Of a stretch of 64,000 bases of DNA, positions 29,260 through 39,171 are shown piece after piece. The notes under the pieces are model-generated. The model ran no database searches, had not been told where the DNA came from, and worked only from the letters and a program-made list of their open reading frames with translations. Every line of letters begins with the position of its first letter. The first letter of the stretch is position 1. Where the stretch lies: NCBI GenBank assembly GCA_030602585.1, contig JAUVZJ010000005.1:973-64972 (forward strand), read 5' to 3'. Position numbers and translations under genes: made by a program. This DNA comes from Candidatus Methanophagales archaeon. Its GTDB lineage: Archaea; Halobacteriota; Syntropharchaeia; Alkanophagales; Methanospirareceae.

Positions 29260-29575
29260 TTGATGATGGTAATATAGATGATTCTTGCATGATGCTATGT
29301 TCTGTGGAGTGCCCTCCCAGAAAAGGATATGAAAAATAATATTATGTAACACTTGATTTATCACAAAATCGATAAATGAATTTTCTCTATAATATCAAAA
29401 CCGAAAATATTTTTATTAATTATAACAAGAATTTGTTAATATCTTACATGAAGGACAAGATAAAAACGAAAATATGGGCGATGAAAAGCGGTGGGTGAGG
29501 GAAGGGATATGGCTAAATAGTGCCACTTACGTGATGCAATATGTGGCGAAGGTGGAAGAAGAAGGAGAAAAAGGA
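29260..29575 (+). promoter_or_regulatory. conserved ~320-bp upstream leader (copy 1) with palindrome TTTATCA-N6-GATAAA and TATA-like box
   Basis: About 80% identical to 33489-33815. Palindrome at 29357-29376, ttttattaattataa at 29411-29425. Precedes the binding-protein gene 29771. Confidence 0.5.
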
Positions 29576-29588
29576 GGTGATGTGAAAA

Positions 29589-29774
29589 ATGAGTGCGAAG
29601 CAGTTTGATCAAACTTTCTTAAAGTTTGTTGCGAAACGTTTTGAAGAATGTTTGAAGGATTATGAACACGACCCAAAGGAGTGCACGCCAGAGCAGATAA
29701 GAGAGTGCCATGGCGATATTGAAGTTGAACGACACCCTTGCGGAGCGGGAAAAATGGGGGGTAATGTGAAATGA
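29589..29774 (+). CDS. small Cys4/His protein, hypothetical (possible metal-binding)
   Basis: 61 aa, EEC..KEC..RECHGD..HPC. The stop overlaps the binding-protein start (ATGA). Confidence 0.35.
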   Translation: MSAKQFDQTFLKFVAKRFEECLKDYEHDPKECTPEQIRECHGDIEVERHPCGAGKMGGNVK

Positions 29775-30997
29775 AAACGAAAAGGATAACATCTATTGTA
29801 TTGGTAATGGTGCTTCTTGCATCTGCGTTGCCATTGGTGGTTATGCCCGCGGCTGCACAACAAGCAGGAATACCATGTGATGATGGGAATAATGAATTAA
29901 CGAGAGATGAACTTGTGAATGCAATTCTTCCATACATGCTCGGTGAAGGCTCTCACACTTTAGATGAGGTTAGAGATGCTGCGTGGGTATATGCATATTG
30001 GGATGGAAAGCCGGAAGAGATTACGGATTCTGCTGGTAGAGAGGTGACGATATGCAGACCGGTAGAAAGAATAATTCCTATGTCCTCGTGGTCCTATGAA
30101 CCCATTTGGATCCTCGAAGCACAGGATAAAGTGGTGGGTGTGACCTCAACTCTAAAAGAAAGCGCTGGTGCATGGCTTCTAGGAATCCAGGATAAGCCAA
30201 CCGTTGGCACCTACAAAGAGCTTGATTACGAAAAGGTACTCGAAGTTAACCCACAGATTGTAATCACCGGTTCAAACAAGGCAGAAGAAATTGCAGAAAA
30301 ACTAGCGCCTGCTGGTATAACAGTAGTTGCAATGAGCTTCAGAAGTCAAGAAAAATTCGATAACGATCTTAAAATCCTCGCGAAAATACTGGGGAAAGAT
30401 GAAAGAGCAAGAGAATTCATTTCGTGGAGACAGAATTGTATAGACGAGATCAAAGAAAGAACAGAGGAGTTGGAACCAGAAGAGAAGATAAAGGTGTATG
30501 GTGAAAGTAACGCACGATTCTGGCTTACTCCCACGAAAGATTCGGGCTTCCACGGAGTAATAACAACGGCAGGCGGTAACAACATCGCAGGTGACCTCCC
30601 TGGTAAATATGTCGATGTTGAATCGGAGTGGGTTGTTAATGAAAGTCCTGAGGTAATAGTTATTGCAGCAACAATGAGTGATTGGATTCCTGGTCCCGGT
30701 CTCGATTATTTTGCAGATGAATCTGATATCGCCGACACGAAACAATACTTAGAAGAAACTTACAATCGAACAGGTCTAATGGAGACGGACGCAGCAAAAG
30801 AGGGTCGTGTTTATTTGCTCCATGGCTACGTAGCGGAAGGAGCATGCCGTTCCTTCGTCGGAGTTGGCTATTGCGCCAAGTGGTTCTACCCAGAACAATT
30901 TGAGGACTTGGAACCAGAGGAATATCACAGGGAATACTTTGAAGAATGGCTCGACATGGAATACAAAGGAGTCTGGGCTTATCCGCCAGTGAGTTAG
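29771..30997 (+). CDS. ABC substrate-binding protein, FecB/BtuF-like paralog
   Basis: ITDSAGREVTICRPVERIIP...ILEAQDKVVGVT. Nearly colinear with 25152-26369. Confidence 0.75.
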   Translation: MKTKRITSIVLVMVLLASALPLVVMPAAAQQAGIPCDDGNNELTRDELVNAILPYMLGEGSHTLDEVRDAAWVYAYWDGKPEEITDSAGREVTICRPVERIIPMSSWSYEPIWILEAQDKVVGVTSTLKESAGAWLLGIQDKPTVGTYKELDYEKVLEVNPQIVITGSNKAEEIAEKLAPAGITVVAMSFRSQEKFDNDLKILAKILGKDERAREFISWRQNCIDEIKERTEELEPEEKIKVYGESNARFWLTPTKDSGFHGVITTAGGNNIAGDLPGKYVDVESEWVVNESPEVIVIAATMSDWIPGPGLDYFADESDIADTKQYLEETYNRTGLMETDAAKEGRVYLLHGYVAEGACRSFVGVGYCAKWFYPEQFEDLEPEEYHREYFEEWLDMEYKGVWAYPPVS

Positions 30998-31132
30998 ACG
31001 CAGGGAAAGGTCGCAAACCAAAATCGTAAAAGTAGGGAGGAGGGAGAAAGCGTTCCTTCTCCATTCATTTTTTCCCCCGGAAGAATTTGTGGAGTTCTAT
31101 CTTAAGCCTGAACGGAAAATGAAGAGATGTTA

Positions 31133-31343
31133 ATGATACTCTTTTCTATGTGGTGTCTTCTTCCCTCTCAATCTCTATCCAGAGCAAATTCGGCTTTTAG
31201 TAGAACTCGTTCCTCTCACCCAGGCGATTGAAGGTCTGCGAGGGAATGGCATTCTCTTATTCCAAGTCGGGTATGTCTGGATAACAGCGATAATAGCTGT
31301 TGTTTTAGCCATAGTAATCTTTAAAAGAAAGATGGTAATCTGA
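31133..31343 (+). pseudogene. duplicated 3' fragment of the ABC-2 permease gene
   Basis: >90% nucleotide identity to 28467-28681, including the stop and downstream aggatgtg..aatgaaaga. Confidence 0.75.
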
Positions 31344-31632
31344 GGATGTGAATAATGAAAGATTGGAGCGAAGAGTGGAAGAAGAGACGTTCTGAGGCTG
31401 GATGGAAGGGGAATCGCAAAAGAAAAGCTTCTCCTGTTTTACTCGTGATTATGATATATCATATAAATCATTGCTAAAGCAGCTCGTCCATCTGGACATG
31501 GATTCTGAGGAAAGGGTGCGTGATTATTTGAAAAAGAGTAACAGACTCCTTAAAAAGAACGGAGAACTTTGGGTAAGGTGTAAATATAGGGATGCACTGA
31601 TTTGGTATCGGAAAGAATGACGAGAAGTAAAG

Positions 31633-31759
31633 ATGACCCATATTCAGTATATCACTCTCAAAACACTCAGATATATTTTCTCATTCCTTGCTATCATTAC
31701 TCTGATTTTTTTTTCGTCCCACGCGTGATGCCCGGTGACCCGTTCATAAAATAAAGGAA
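31633..31759 (+). pseudogene. NikB/OppB-type permease N-terminal remnant
   Basis: MTHIQYITLKTLRYIFSFLAIITLIFF resembles the permease N-terminus. The PGDP motif follows in another frame. Confidence 0.4.
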
Positions 31760-31770
31760 ATATAAAGCTA

Positions 31771-31863
31771 ATGGTATCAAGCACAGATACAATACCCGGA
31801 ACAGAAACAGAAAACGCGAAAATAAAAGAGACAACACGAAAAACAAGAAAATTTTGTTAGGGT
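31771..31863 (+). pseudogene. BtuC-type permease N-terminal stub
   Basis: MVSSTDTIPGTETENAKIKETTRKTRKF matches [25 protein letters not shown] of 42396. A stop falls before TM1. Confidence 0.45.
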
Positions 31864-31959
31864 AAAGTTTTTTATTTTCCTCTCATTTCTATTCTTTATC
31901 GTACTTGAGGACAAAAGGTAAAATGAGCATTTTGGTACAGGTAAACAAAACAGGAAAAA

Positions 31960-32385
31960 TTATTCCGGTGTAACAACCTCCAAAAAATCAACCCTGTCAA
32001 AGTCCGGGTCAAATGTGGCAATTTTTCTTATTCCATAATGTTTGCAGGTGGCAGCAATAAGGGCATCATTTGGAAGTAAGCCATATTTCTTGATGAGCCC
32101 CTCCGCTCCACTTTTGACAGCCTCACCGACATCAAGCGTCCTGTATCTTCCCAGTAGCTCCACGATATCATTGAGTTCAACGGACTTCACGAGCTCAGGC
32201 TGCTTCTTCAATTCGTAGGACTTCTTTCCTGTTTCCGCCTTAATATAGACGAACAAGACTTCCGAAAAGACAATATCATTGATACACCCTTCGAGACCAG
32301 AATACTCCTCAAGAAGTGTTTTTGCCTTTTCTTTCCCTTCTAAGAAGTCCAGGAAGACACTTGAGTCAATAAATACCCCATTCAT
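31960..32385 (-). CDS. vapC: PIN-domain toxin VapC
   Basis: FIDSSV (Asp7), [11 protein letters not shown] and FDPDF acidic residues. Confidence 0.75.
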   Translation of the reverse strand: MNGVFIDSSVFLDFLEGKEKAKTLLEEYSGLEGCINDIVFSEVLFVYIKAETGKKSYELKKQPELVKSVELNDIVELLGRYRTLDVGEAVKSGAEGLIKKYGLLPNDALIAATCKHYGIRKIATFDPDFDRVDFLEVVTPE

Positions 32386-32554
32386 CTTCGGTTTCCTCTA
32401 AGAGCTTCAACAAATCCTTTCCACGGAAAATCCCGAAAAGCTTCTCCGGAAACTTTTTTATATCGACCTTTATCTTTTCCCCTTCTTTTAAGTCCACCTT
32501 CTCCAAAGGCTTAAACACTCCCTTTTCGTACACAACCTCAATTGTCTTTTGCAT
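32366..32554 (-). CDS. vapB: VapB-type antitoxin (AF2212/DUF104-like)
   Basis: [20 protein letters not shown]... Overlaps vapC. Confidence 0.6.
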   Translation of the reverse strand: MQKTIEVVYEKGVFKPLEKVDLKEGEKIKVDIKKFPEKLFGIFRGKDLLKLLEETEDEWGIY

Positions 32555-32569
32555 CTCGCTACACCGCCT

Positions 32570-32881
32570 TTATGTATTAATTGGGATATGAATATAAAAT
32601 ACTTTTATCAGATCATTCTGAATGAGTTCAAAAATCACATTAAATCTGTTTTCAACTTCTTTCTTCCCAATTCCTTTAATCCAAGCCCTTTTTATCTCAA
32701 AAAGATTCTCATTTTTTATACTATCGCCAACAATACCAACAATGGTCTTAAATAACGTTTCTTCGAGGACATTGACGGGTATGAAAGCCTCGTAACTCGA
32801 AATTATCTTTTCAAGGGGTTTTGTCCTCATATACAGGATTGCATCTATAAGGACTGAAGAGTCAATAACGACTGGATTCAA
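32570..32881 (-). CDS. PIN-domain protein, C-terminally truncated VapC paralog
   Basis: [12 protein letters not shown]-terminal PIN motif, but only 103 aa and missing the distal acidic residues. Confidence 0.5.
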   Translation of the reverse strand: MNPVVIDSSVLIDAILYMRTKPLEKIISSYEAFIPVNVLEETLFKTIVGIVGDSIKNENLFEIKRAWIKGIGKKEVENRFNVIFELIQNDLIKVFYIHIPINT

Positions 32882-33080
32882 GATATATCTCCCCCAATTT
32901 CTCTGGTTTTAAACGAACGGGTGTGAAGTTCTTCAGTTTGTCTAATATCTCCCTTGCTTTTTCACTTTTGTCTATCTTTTCTTTTATTTCTATCTTTATT
33001 TCTTCTCCTTCCCTCAATTCCACCTTCTCCAAAGGCTTAAACACTCCCTTTTCGTACACAACCTCAATTGTCTTTTGCAT
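32862..33080 (-). CDS. vapB: VapB-type antitoxin paralog
   Basis: The first 21 aa are identical to the 32366-32554 product. 64 bp (33019-33082) is identical to 32493-32556. Confidence 0.6.
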   Translation of the reverse strand: MQKTIEVVYEKGVFKPLEKVELREGEEIKIEIKEKIDKSEKAREILDKLKNFTPVRLKPEKLGEIYLESSRY

Positions 33081-33135
33081 CTGGCAGCTCCTCCTTACTA
33101 CTATTGGTTGTTGGATATAAAAATACTTTTTCTTC

Positions 33136-33489
33136 TTATTTTGCTACCAGCTTTTCAATACTTTGTATTCGATAGTTCAATTGGTCAATATACCCTATCC
33201 TTTTTTCAATCTCGTCTATTCTAACTTCAAGTTTTGCAGACTTCCTAATTTCTTCGATAAGCACCTCTCTCGTTTTTTCATGCGAATTATCGATTTTTGG
33301 GAGTACTTCTCGTCTATCCTCTCTTATATCCGCTCTCAACTCAGAGATACTATTTTCTACACTCGCCAGCCTTTTGTTCATTTGTTTAAGTTCTCCCACA
33401 ACTTCTCTCAATTCGGGCACCAAAAAATCCTGAACCGCTTTTCTAAATCCGCCTACTATCTTTTCCTCGTCCATTTCTCTCATTATCAT
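33136..33489 (-). CDS. coiled-coil hypothetical protein
   Basis: 117 aa, heptad-rich and charged. No recognisable domain. Confidence 0.35.
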   Translation of the reverse strand: MIMREMDEEKIVGGFRKAVQDFLVPELREVVGELKQMNKRLASVENSISELRADIREDRREVLPKIDNSHEKTREVLIEEIRKSAKLEVRIDEIEKRIGYIDQLNYRIQSIEKLVAK

Positions 33490-33815
33490 GATTGATGATA
33501 GTAATATAAATGACTTTGTATGATGCTATGTTCTGGAATGCCCTCCCGGAAAAGGATATGAAAAATAATATTATGTAACACCTAATTTATCACAAAATTG
33601 ATAAATGATTTTTCTCTATAACACCAAAACCGAAAATTTTTTTATTAATTATAATAAAAATCTGTTAATGTCTTACATAGAGTTAAGATAAAGAGGGAAG
33701 ATAGGAGGGATAGGGAATAAAAAAGGAATGGCTAAGAGGAGAGAGATGGGTATATGGCGCTCCTTGCGTGATGCGATATGGGGCGAAGGTGAAAGAAGAA
33801 GGGGGGCGATAAAAA
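33489..33815 (+). promoter_or_regulatory. conserved ~320-bp upstream leader (copy 2)
   Basis: Palindrome tttatcacaaaattgataaa at 33586-33605, TATA-like tttttattaattataa ~33639-33655. Precedes the binding-protein gene 33909. Confidence 0.5.
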
Positions 33816-33908
33816 GATGAGAAAAGGAAAGGGAATAGTAGAAAGCGTGAATACACTTTCTTTTAGAAAAAGAACCTGTGCTAAGAAAACAATAGGAGGT
33901 GGTGAGGA

Positions 33909-35152
33909 ATGAGGATGGTATTATCTATTGTATTGGTGATGGTGCTTCTTGCATCTGCGGTGCCGACGGCGGTTGTGCCGGCGGCTGCAAATCCAGCAGG
34001 AATATCTAGAGAATACAAGGAACTATTCGAAGGAGACAACGAACTGACGAGGGACGAACTTGTAGAGGCAATAGTTTCTCATATGCTCGAAGAAGGAAGT
34101 GCTTTACAAATAGACGAGTTGAGAGATGCTGCTCATGTCTATGTATATTGGGACGGGGAGCCGAAGACGATTACGGAATTTGCTAATCCCCCAAGAACGG
34201 TGACGATATACAAGCCGATAAAGAGGATAGTTCCCCTGACTACCGAAGCTACTGAAGCAATACGCACACTTGGAGCTACCGATAAAGTAGTCGGCGTTAG
34301 TAAATATGTCATAGGGGATGAGTTGTTCTACCCGGAATTTAGTGATTATCCTAACCTTGATAGCCCATGGACAGACCTCGGAGTACTAGCAGAACGATTA
34401 TTAGAGTGCAATTCCGATGTGGTCCTCACGTATACAAAATATCCTACACCACCTGCTCTTGAAGAGAAGCTCGAAGGCACCGGCATCACAGTGATTCGTT
34501 TTGATTTCAGCAAGCCTTCAAATTTTGTTGAAGAGGTAAACAACCTTGGTTACATCCTCGAGAAGGAGGATGAAGCCAACGAATTCATAGATTTTTACAG
34601 TAACTATATGGACGAAATAAGTGATGCGGTAGAAACGGGAGATAAACCAAAAGTTTACCTCGAAGCTGACTTCGGGAGTGGTCATGAGAAGTACTATACC
34701 TGCGGTGAAGGGCATGGGCATCATGAACTGATTGTATTAGCTGGTGGTAATAATATCTTTGCTGATGTTAGCTATGGCGGAGAAATAGGTGTAGAAGATG
34801 TGATGGATCGAGACCCTGAGATTATAATCAAGTATAAATGGCCTGCTGGTGGTTTTGATGGGGATATAGAAGAGTTGAAAGCGATAAGAGAAGAGATATT
34901 GGGGCGAGAAGAGTTGCAGGATGAACCCGCGGTGAAGAATGAGACTGTATATGTATTCACATGGTATAACGTGGAGGTGCAAGGTATTTTCTGGGCATGG
35001 GCTATCTAGCGAGGTGGTTCCATCCGGGATTAGATATTGACCCACAGGGAATTTATCAAAAATATCTAACAGACTTCCAAGGACTGAATATTGATTTGGA
35101 TAATGCTGCACTCGTGTATCCCGAAAAGCCAGTTTGTGACGAACCAGCATGA
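33909..35152 (+). pseudogene. FecB/BtuF-like substrate-binding protein with a frameshift near 34990
   Basis: ORF 33909-35009 ends ...VQGIFWAWAI. The conserved C-terminus GYLARWFHPGLDIDPQGIYQKYLTDF...ALVYPE continues in the +2 frame to the stop at 35150-35152. Confidence 0.65.
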
Positions 35153-35285
35153 AAGCACCGAGACAATACTGGGAACACGAACAAAAGCGGAAATAAAAAG
35201 TAATACGAAAAATAAGAAAAATTTGCAGAGAGGGAGATACATTTTCTATTTTCTCCCTTTTTGTTCTCTATTTATAATAAAATAA
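35136..35285 (+). pseudogene. BtuC-type permease N-terminal stub
   Basis: (V)TNQHESTETILGTRTKAEIK...YIFYFLPFCSLFIIK then a stop after TM1. The same frame as ORF 35091-35285. Confidence 0.5.
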
Positions 35286-35313
35286 GGGCATAAAATAAGA
35301 AGAGGTATGAAAA

Positions 35314-36906
35314 ATGAGGGTAACAGCAATAACATGGGGAAGTGATATGGCATTGCTCGTCAATGCATGCAAGGAGCTTGGAATAGAGTTAGACGCGTGG
35401 TCTACACATGATGTGGAAGAAGAGAAGGAGCGAAGGGAGTGCATAAAATCTTTTGAGCAGGCGGACATCGTCCTCTTACATCCGTCAAATGAGGAATATT
35501 GGGATGAGATAGTTGAGAGACGGAATAAAGATATGCCAACGATCTCTTTTGGGCATGATTCATCCTTCTGGTGGCTTTCAAACGTTCCCTTAGAGGTTGT
35601 TGCAACGGTCAATGCCTACCATGTATACGGAGGGGCAGAGAACATAACGAATATGCTCAGGTACATCGGAAAAGAGGTCTTAGGTCTGGATTATAAATAC
35701 GAGAATCCAAAGGAGACGATGTGGCAGGGAATATATCATCCGGATGCCGAAACTGCTTTCGAGAGCATAGAGGACTATTTCGCATGGCATAAACCTTCGC
35801 ACAAACACAAAGTTGGCATTCTCTTCTTTCGTACATATTGGGCAAACAGAGACCTTGAGATCGTGAATGCACTAATTCGTGAATTGGAAAACGAGTTTGA
35901 TGTAATTCCAGCCTTCTGCTATGGACTGGGTGATAAAGAATTAGGTGCTAAATCGAGCGGTGAAGTCATTGAAGCATTCTTCATTAACAGGATTGATGCA
36001 CTCATAAACCTTCAATCTGTCTTTCATGCTGGAAGCAATGAAGGCTCTGTCAATGCACTGAAAAAACTCGATGTCCCGGTATTCCACCCACTAATGGCAT
36101 ACTACAATACAGAAGAAGAATGGAGAGCGGATACTCAAGGAATAAGCAGCATGGAGGTTGGCTGGAGTGTTGCGATGCCAGAATTAGAGGGCGTAATCGA
36201 ACCGATAATTATCGGAGCATCAAGAAGAGATAGCGATAATGATTTTGAGCGACATACGCAGATAGATGAAAGGGCGAAAAAGATTGTGAATAGGGTGAAG
36301 AGATGGATAGAGCTAAAAGATAAACCTAAATCCAAAAGAAGAGTTGCATTTATCCTCCATAACACTCCCTGTGCAAGCGTTGAGGCAACAGTAGGAAGCG
36401 GTTCACATCTTGATACCCTGGAGAGTGTAGCAAGGATACTGAAACAGATGAAAGATGCAGGATATTCGGTTGATACGCCTAAGGACGGCGAAGAGCTTGT
36501 AGAGACCATCATGGATCGCAAAGCAATTTCTGAGTTCCGATGGACAACTGTGGATGAAATCGTAAGTAAAGGTGGTGCACTTGCGCTGATAAGCAAGGCG
36601 GATTATGAAATGTGGTTTGATACCTTTGACCAAAGAGTGAAGGAAAGGACGTGTGAAGCATGGGGAAATCCGCCTGGCGAAGAAAAGAATGGTGTCCCCG
36701 CAGCAATGGTTTACAATGGTAAAATCGTGGTAACAGGCGTTCGATATGGAAACGCAGTGGTGTGCGTTCAGCCGAAGCGAGGCTGTGCTGGTTCAAGATG
36801 CGATGGGCAGGTCTGCAAGATACTTCACGACCCTGAAGTGCCTCCTCCTCATCAATACCTCGCAAAACCTATCATTACCTGGAAACTACCTTCGGTGCAG
36901 ACGTGA
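35314..36906 (+). CDS. cobN: CobN/ChlH-family chelatase large subunit, N-terminal part (gene split by frameshift)
   Basis: CobN-like throughout, ending ...PPPHQYLAK then out of frame. An A4 run at 36864-36867 is the likely indel site. Confidence 0.7.
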   Translation: MRVTAITWGSDMALLVNACKELGIELDAWSTHDVEEEKERRECIKSFEQADIVLLHPSNEEYWDEIVERRNKDMPTISFGHDSSFWWLSNVPLEVVATVNAYHVYGGAENITNMLRYIGKEVLGLDYKYENPKETMWQGIYHPDAETAFESIEDYFAWHKPSHKHKVGILFFRTYWANRDLEIVNALIRELENEFDVIPAFCYGLGDKELGAKSSGEVIEAFFINRIDALINLQSVFHAGSNEGSVNALKKLDVPVFHPLMAYYNTEEEWRADTQGISSMEVGWSVAMPELEGVIEPIIIGASRRDSDNDFERHTQIDERAKKIVNRVKRWIELKDKPKSKRRVAFILHNTPCASVEATVGSGSHLDTLESVARILKQMKDAGYSVDTPKDGEELVETIMDRKAISEFRWTTVDEIVSKGGALALISKADYEMWFDTFDQRVKERTCEAWGNPPGEEKNGVPAAMVYNGKIVVTGVRYGNAVVCVQPKRGCAGSRCDGQVCKILHDPEVPPPHQYLAKPIITWKLPSVQT

Positions 36907-39074
36907 TTATCCATGTAGGAACGCATGGAAACCTGGAATTTTTGCCTGGTAAATCTGTTGCACTTTCAGAAAGCTGTTACCCCGATATAGCTATCGGAAA
37001 TCTGCCTCATCTATACATATATAATTCTGATAATCCCCCGGAAGGGACAATTGCAAAGAGAAGAAGTTATGCAACGCTCATAGACCACATGCAAACCGTT
37101 ATGACAGAAAGTGGTTTGTATGGTGACTTAAAGGAGCTTGAAGACCTTATCGCAGAATATAACAAGACAAAAACATCGGATAAGGCAAGGGCACATGCCC
37201 TGGAGCACATTATTATTGATTTGATAAGGAAAACGAAACTATCAGAAGAGATAAAGCTTGATAAAAAGTTAGAGAGTGGGCATTCCTTTGAGAAAATAAT
37301 AGACATTGCACATGAGGCTATCACTCGCATATACAACACGCAGATTCCTGATGGTATGCATATCTTCGGTGAAGTTCCAGAAGGTGATAAGAAGGTTGAG
37401 TTCATCAACTCGATACTGAGACATGATTCAGAGCTAAGGAAATTGATTTTCGAGCTTATGGGACTCGATATTCAGCCTTCAGAGGCGGAAAGCGAGTTTT
37501 TAGCCGAGGTGGATAGTATTGCAAAGGAATTTATTTCCGCTTTCTTGGCTGAAGAAGAGCATTTAGAAGCAGCGAAGGGGATATTGGGCGATAGATTGAA
37601 GATAAAAGATGAGAATAAGCTTTCTCTGATGAGAGAAAAGGTAATGGATATTTCTTCAAGGATAGAAGCATCGGATGAGATGGGAAGTTTGTTTCACGGA
37701 TTCGATGCAGGATATATCGAACCAGGACCTTCGGGGCTCATAACAAGGGGTAAGCCAGAGATACTACCAACAGGCAGGAACTTTTATTCCCTCGACCCTT
37801 TCAAGATTCCAACAAAGGCTGCATGGGAGATTGGTAAGCGACTTGCGGATGGCGTGATAAGGAAATATGAAGAGGAGAACGAAAAGCTTCCCGAAAACAT
37901 CGCGATGTACTGGATGGCATCCGATATCATGTGGTCAGATGGAGAGCAGTTCGCACAGATATTGCATCTAATCGGCGTAGAGCCTGTCTGGAAAGATGGA
38001 AGGGTAAAAGGATACCGGATAATTCCTTTGGAAGAGCTCGGTCGCCCCAGAATAGATGTCACGGTAAGAGTGAGTGGGATTACGAGAGATTGCTTTTACA
38101 ATTGCATCGAACTTTTAGACGAGGCGATACATGAGGTTGCAATGCTTGACGAGCCCATGGAAAAGAACTATTTGAGAAAGCATGTATCGGCATTGGGGAA
38201 CGTGCGTGAAAATACAAATGAAAATGGGACTGAATTTGCGCGTATATTCGCAAGTAAGCTTGGAACTTACGGGAATGGTGTAAATTTAGCGGTATATGCA
38301 TCGGCATGGAAAGAGGAGAAGGATTTGTCGGATGTGTTTGTGCATTGGAACGGGTATGCCTACGGGAAAAACAATTTTGGTGTTGAAGCGCATGATAGTT
38401 TTGTATCACAGCTTAAAACCGTTGATTTGACTTTCAATAAGACGGTTACAGATGAATACGACCTGTGCGGCTGTTGTTGCTACTTTGGAACGCACGGTGG
38501 ACTCACAACTGCTGCACGAGAGATCTCTGGACACGATGTTTCAGCATATTATGGCGATACGAGAGACCAGAATAAGATAGAAGTAAGAAGCCTTGCAGAC
38601 GAGATGAGAAGAATTGTTCGTTCCAAGTTACTAAATCCAAAGTGGATAGAAGGGATGAAACGTCATGGATACAAGGGTGCAGGGGACATATCAAAACGAA
38701 TAGGAAGAGTTTACGGTTGGGAAGCGACAACGCAGGAGGTAGACGACTGGATATTTGATGACATTGCAAGGACGTTCGTTTTAGATAAAGAAATGAGAGA
38801 GTTCTTTGAGGAGACTAATCCATGGGCGCTTGAGGAGATTGGAAGGAGGTTGTTGGAAGCTTATGAGCGCGGATTATGGGATGCAGACGAAGAAGTGATT
38901 GAAGGATTGAAGAGCGCATACCTTGAGATGGAAGGGTGGATAGAAGAGAAGATGGGCGATGCGAAAGGAGATTTTCAAGGAGGGGCGATAGATGTGATGA
39001 CGATGGAGGATGTCGAGGCATTGGCGGCTAAGATGAAAGACAAGCAGAAGGAGTGGAAAAAGTCGCTTCTTTAA
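36903..39074 (+). CDS. cobN: CobN/ChlH-family chelatase large subunit, C-terminal part
   Basis: The +2 frame from ~36866 reads KTYHYLETTFGADVIIHVGTHGNLEFLPGK, the CobN signature. It continues for 723 aa. Confidence 0.7.
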   Translation: MIIHVGTHGNLEFLPGKSVALSESCYPDIAIGNLPHLYIYNSDNPPEGTIAKRRSYATLIDHMQTVMTESGLYGDLKELEDLIAEYNKTKTSDKARAHALEHIIIDLIRKTKLSEEIKLDKKLESGHSFEKIIDIAHEAITRIYNTQIPDGMHIFGEVPEGDKKVEFINSILRHDSELRKLIFELMGLDIQPSEAESEFLAEVDSIAKEFISAFLAEEEHLEAAKGILGDRLKIKDENKLSLMREKVMDISSRIEASDEMGSLFHGFDAGYIEPGPSGLITRGKPEILPTGRNFYSLDPFKIPTKAAWEIGKRLADGVIRKYEEENEKLPENIAMYWMASDIMWSDGEQFAQILHLIGVEPVWKDGRVKGYRIIPLEELGRPRIDVTVRVSGITRDCFYNCIELLDEAIHEVAMLDEPMEKNYLRKHVSALGNVRENTNENGTEFARIFASKLGTYGNGVNLAVYASAWKEEKDLSDVFVHWNGYAYGKNNFGVEAHDSFVSQLKTVDLTFNKTVTDEYDLCGCCCYFGTHGGLTTAAREISGHDVSAYYGDTRDQNKIEVRSLADEMRRIVRSKLLNPKWIEGMKRHGYKGAGDISKRIGRVYGWEATTQEVDDWIFDDIARTFVLDKEMREFFEETNPWALEEIGRRLLEAYERGLWDADEEVIEGLKSAYLEMEGWIEEKMGDAKGDFQGGAIDVMTMEDVEALAAKMKDKQKEWKKSLL

Positions 39075-39171
39075 GGAGGTCGGGTGAAGAGGTGAAATTA
39101 GACTCTGCTAATAAAAATCGTAATCCACCCATCCGAGGTGTAAACAGAAAAACATATAAACGCCTTAGAAA

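Noticed and set aside
31402-31620. 72-aa ORF (MEGESQKK...RDALIWYRKE) and overlapping 31355 ORF
   Set aside because: It lies in a region of duplicated and decayed fragments and has no recognisable family. It could be real but is unsupported.
35314-39074. Possibility that the CobN split represents two genuine separate genes
   Set aside because: The junction falls in the middle of the conserved FGADAVIHxGTHG motif region. Read-through in the +2 frame restores it, so a frameshift is far more likely.
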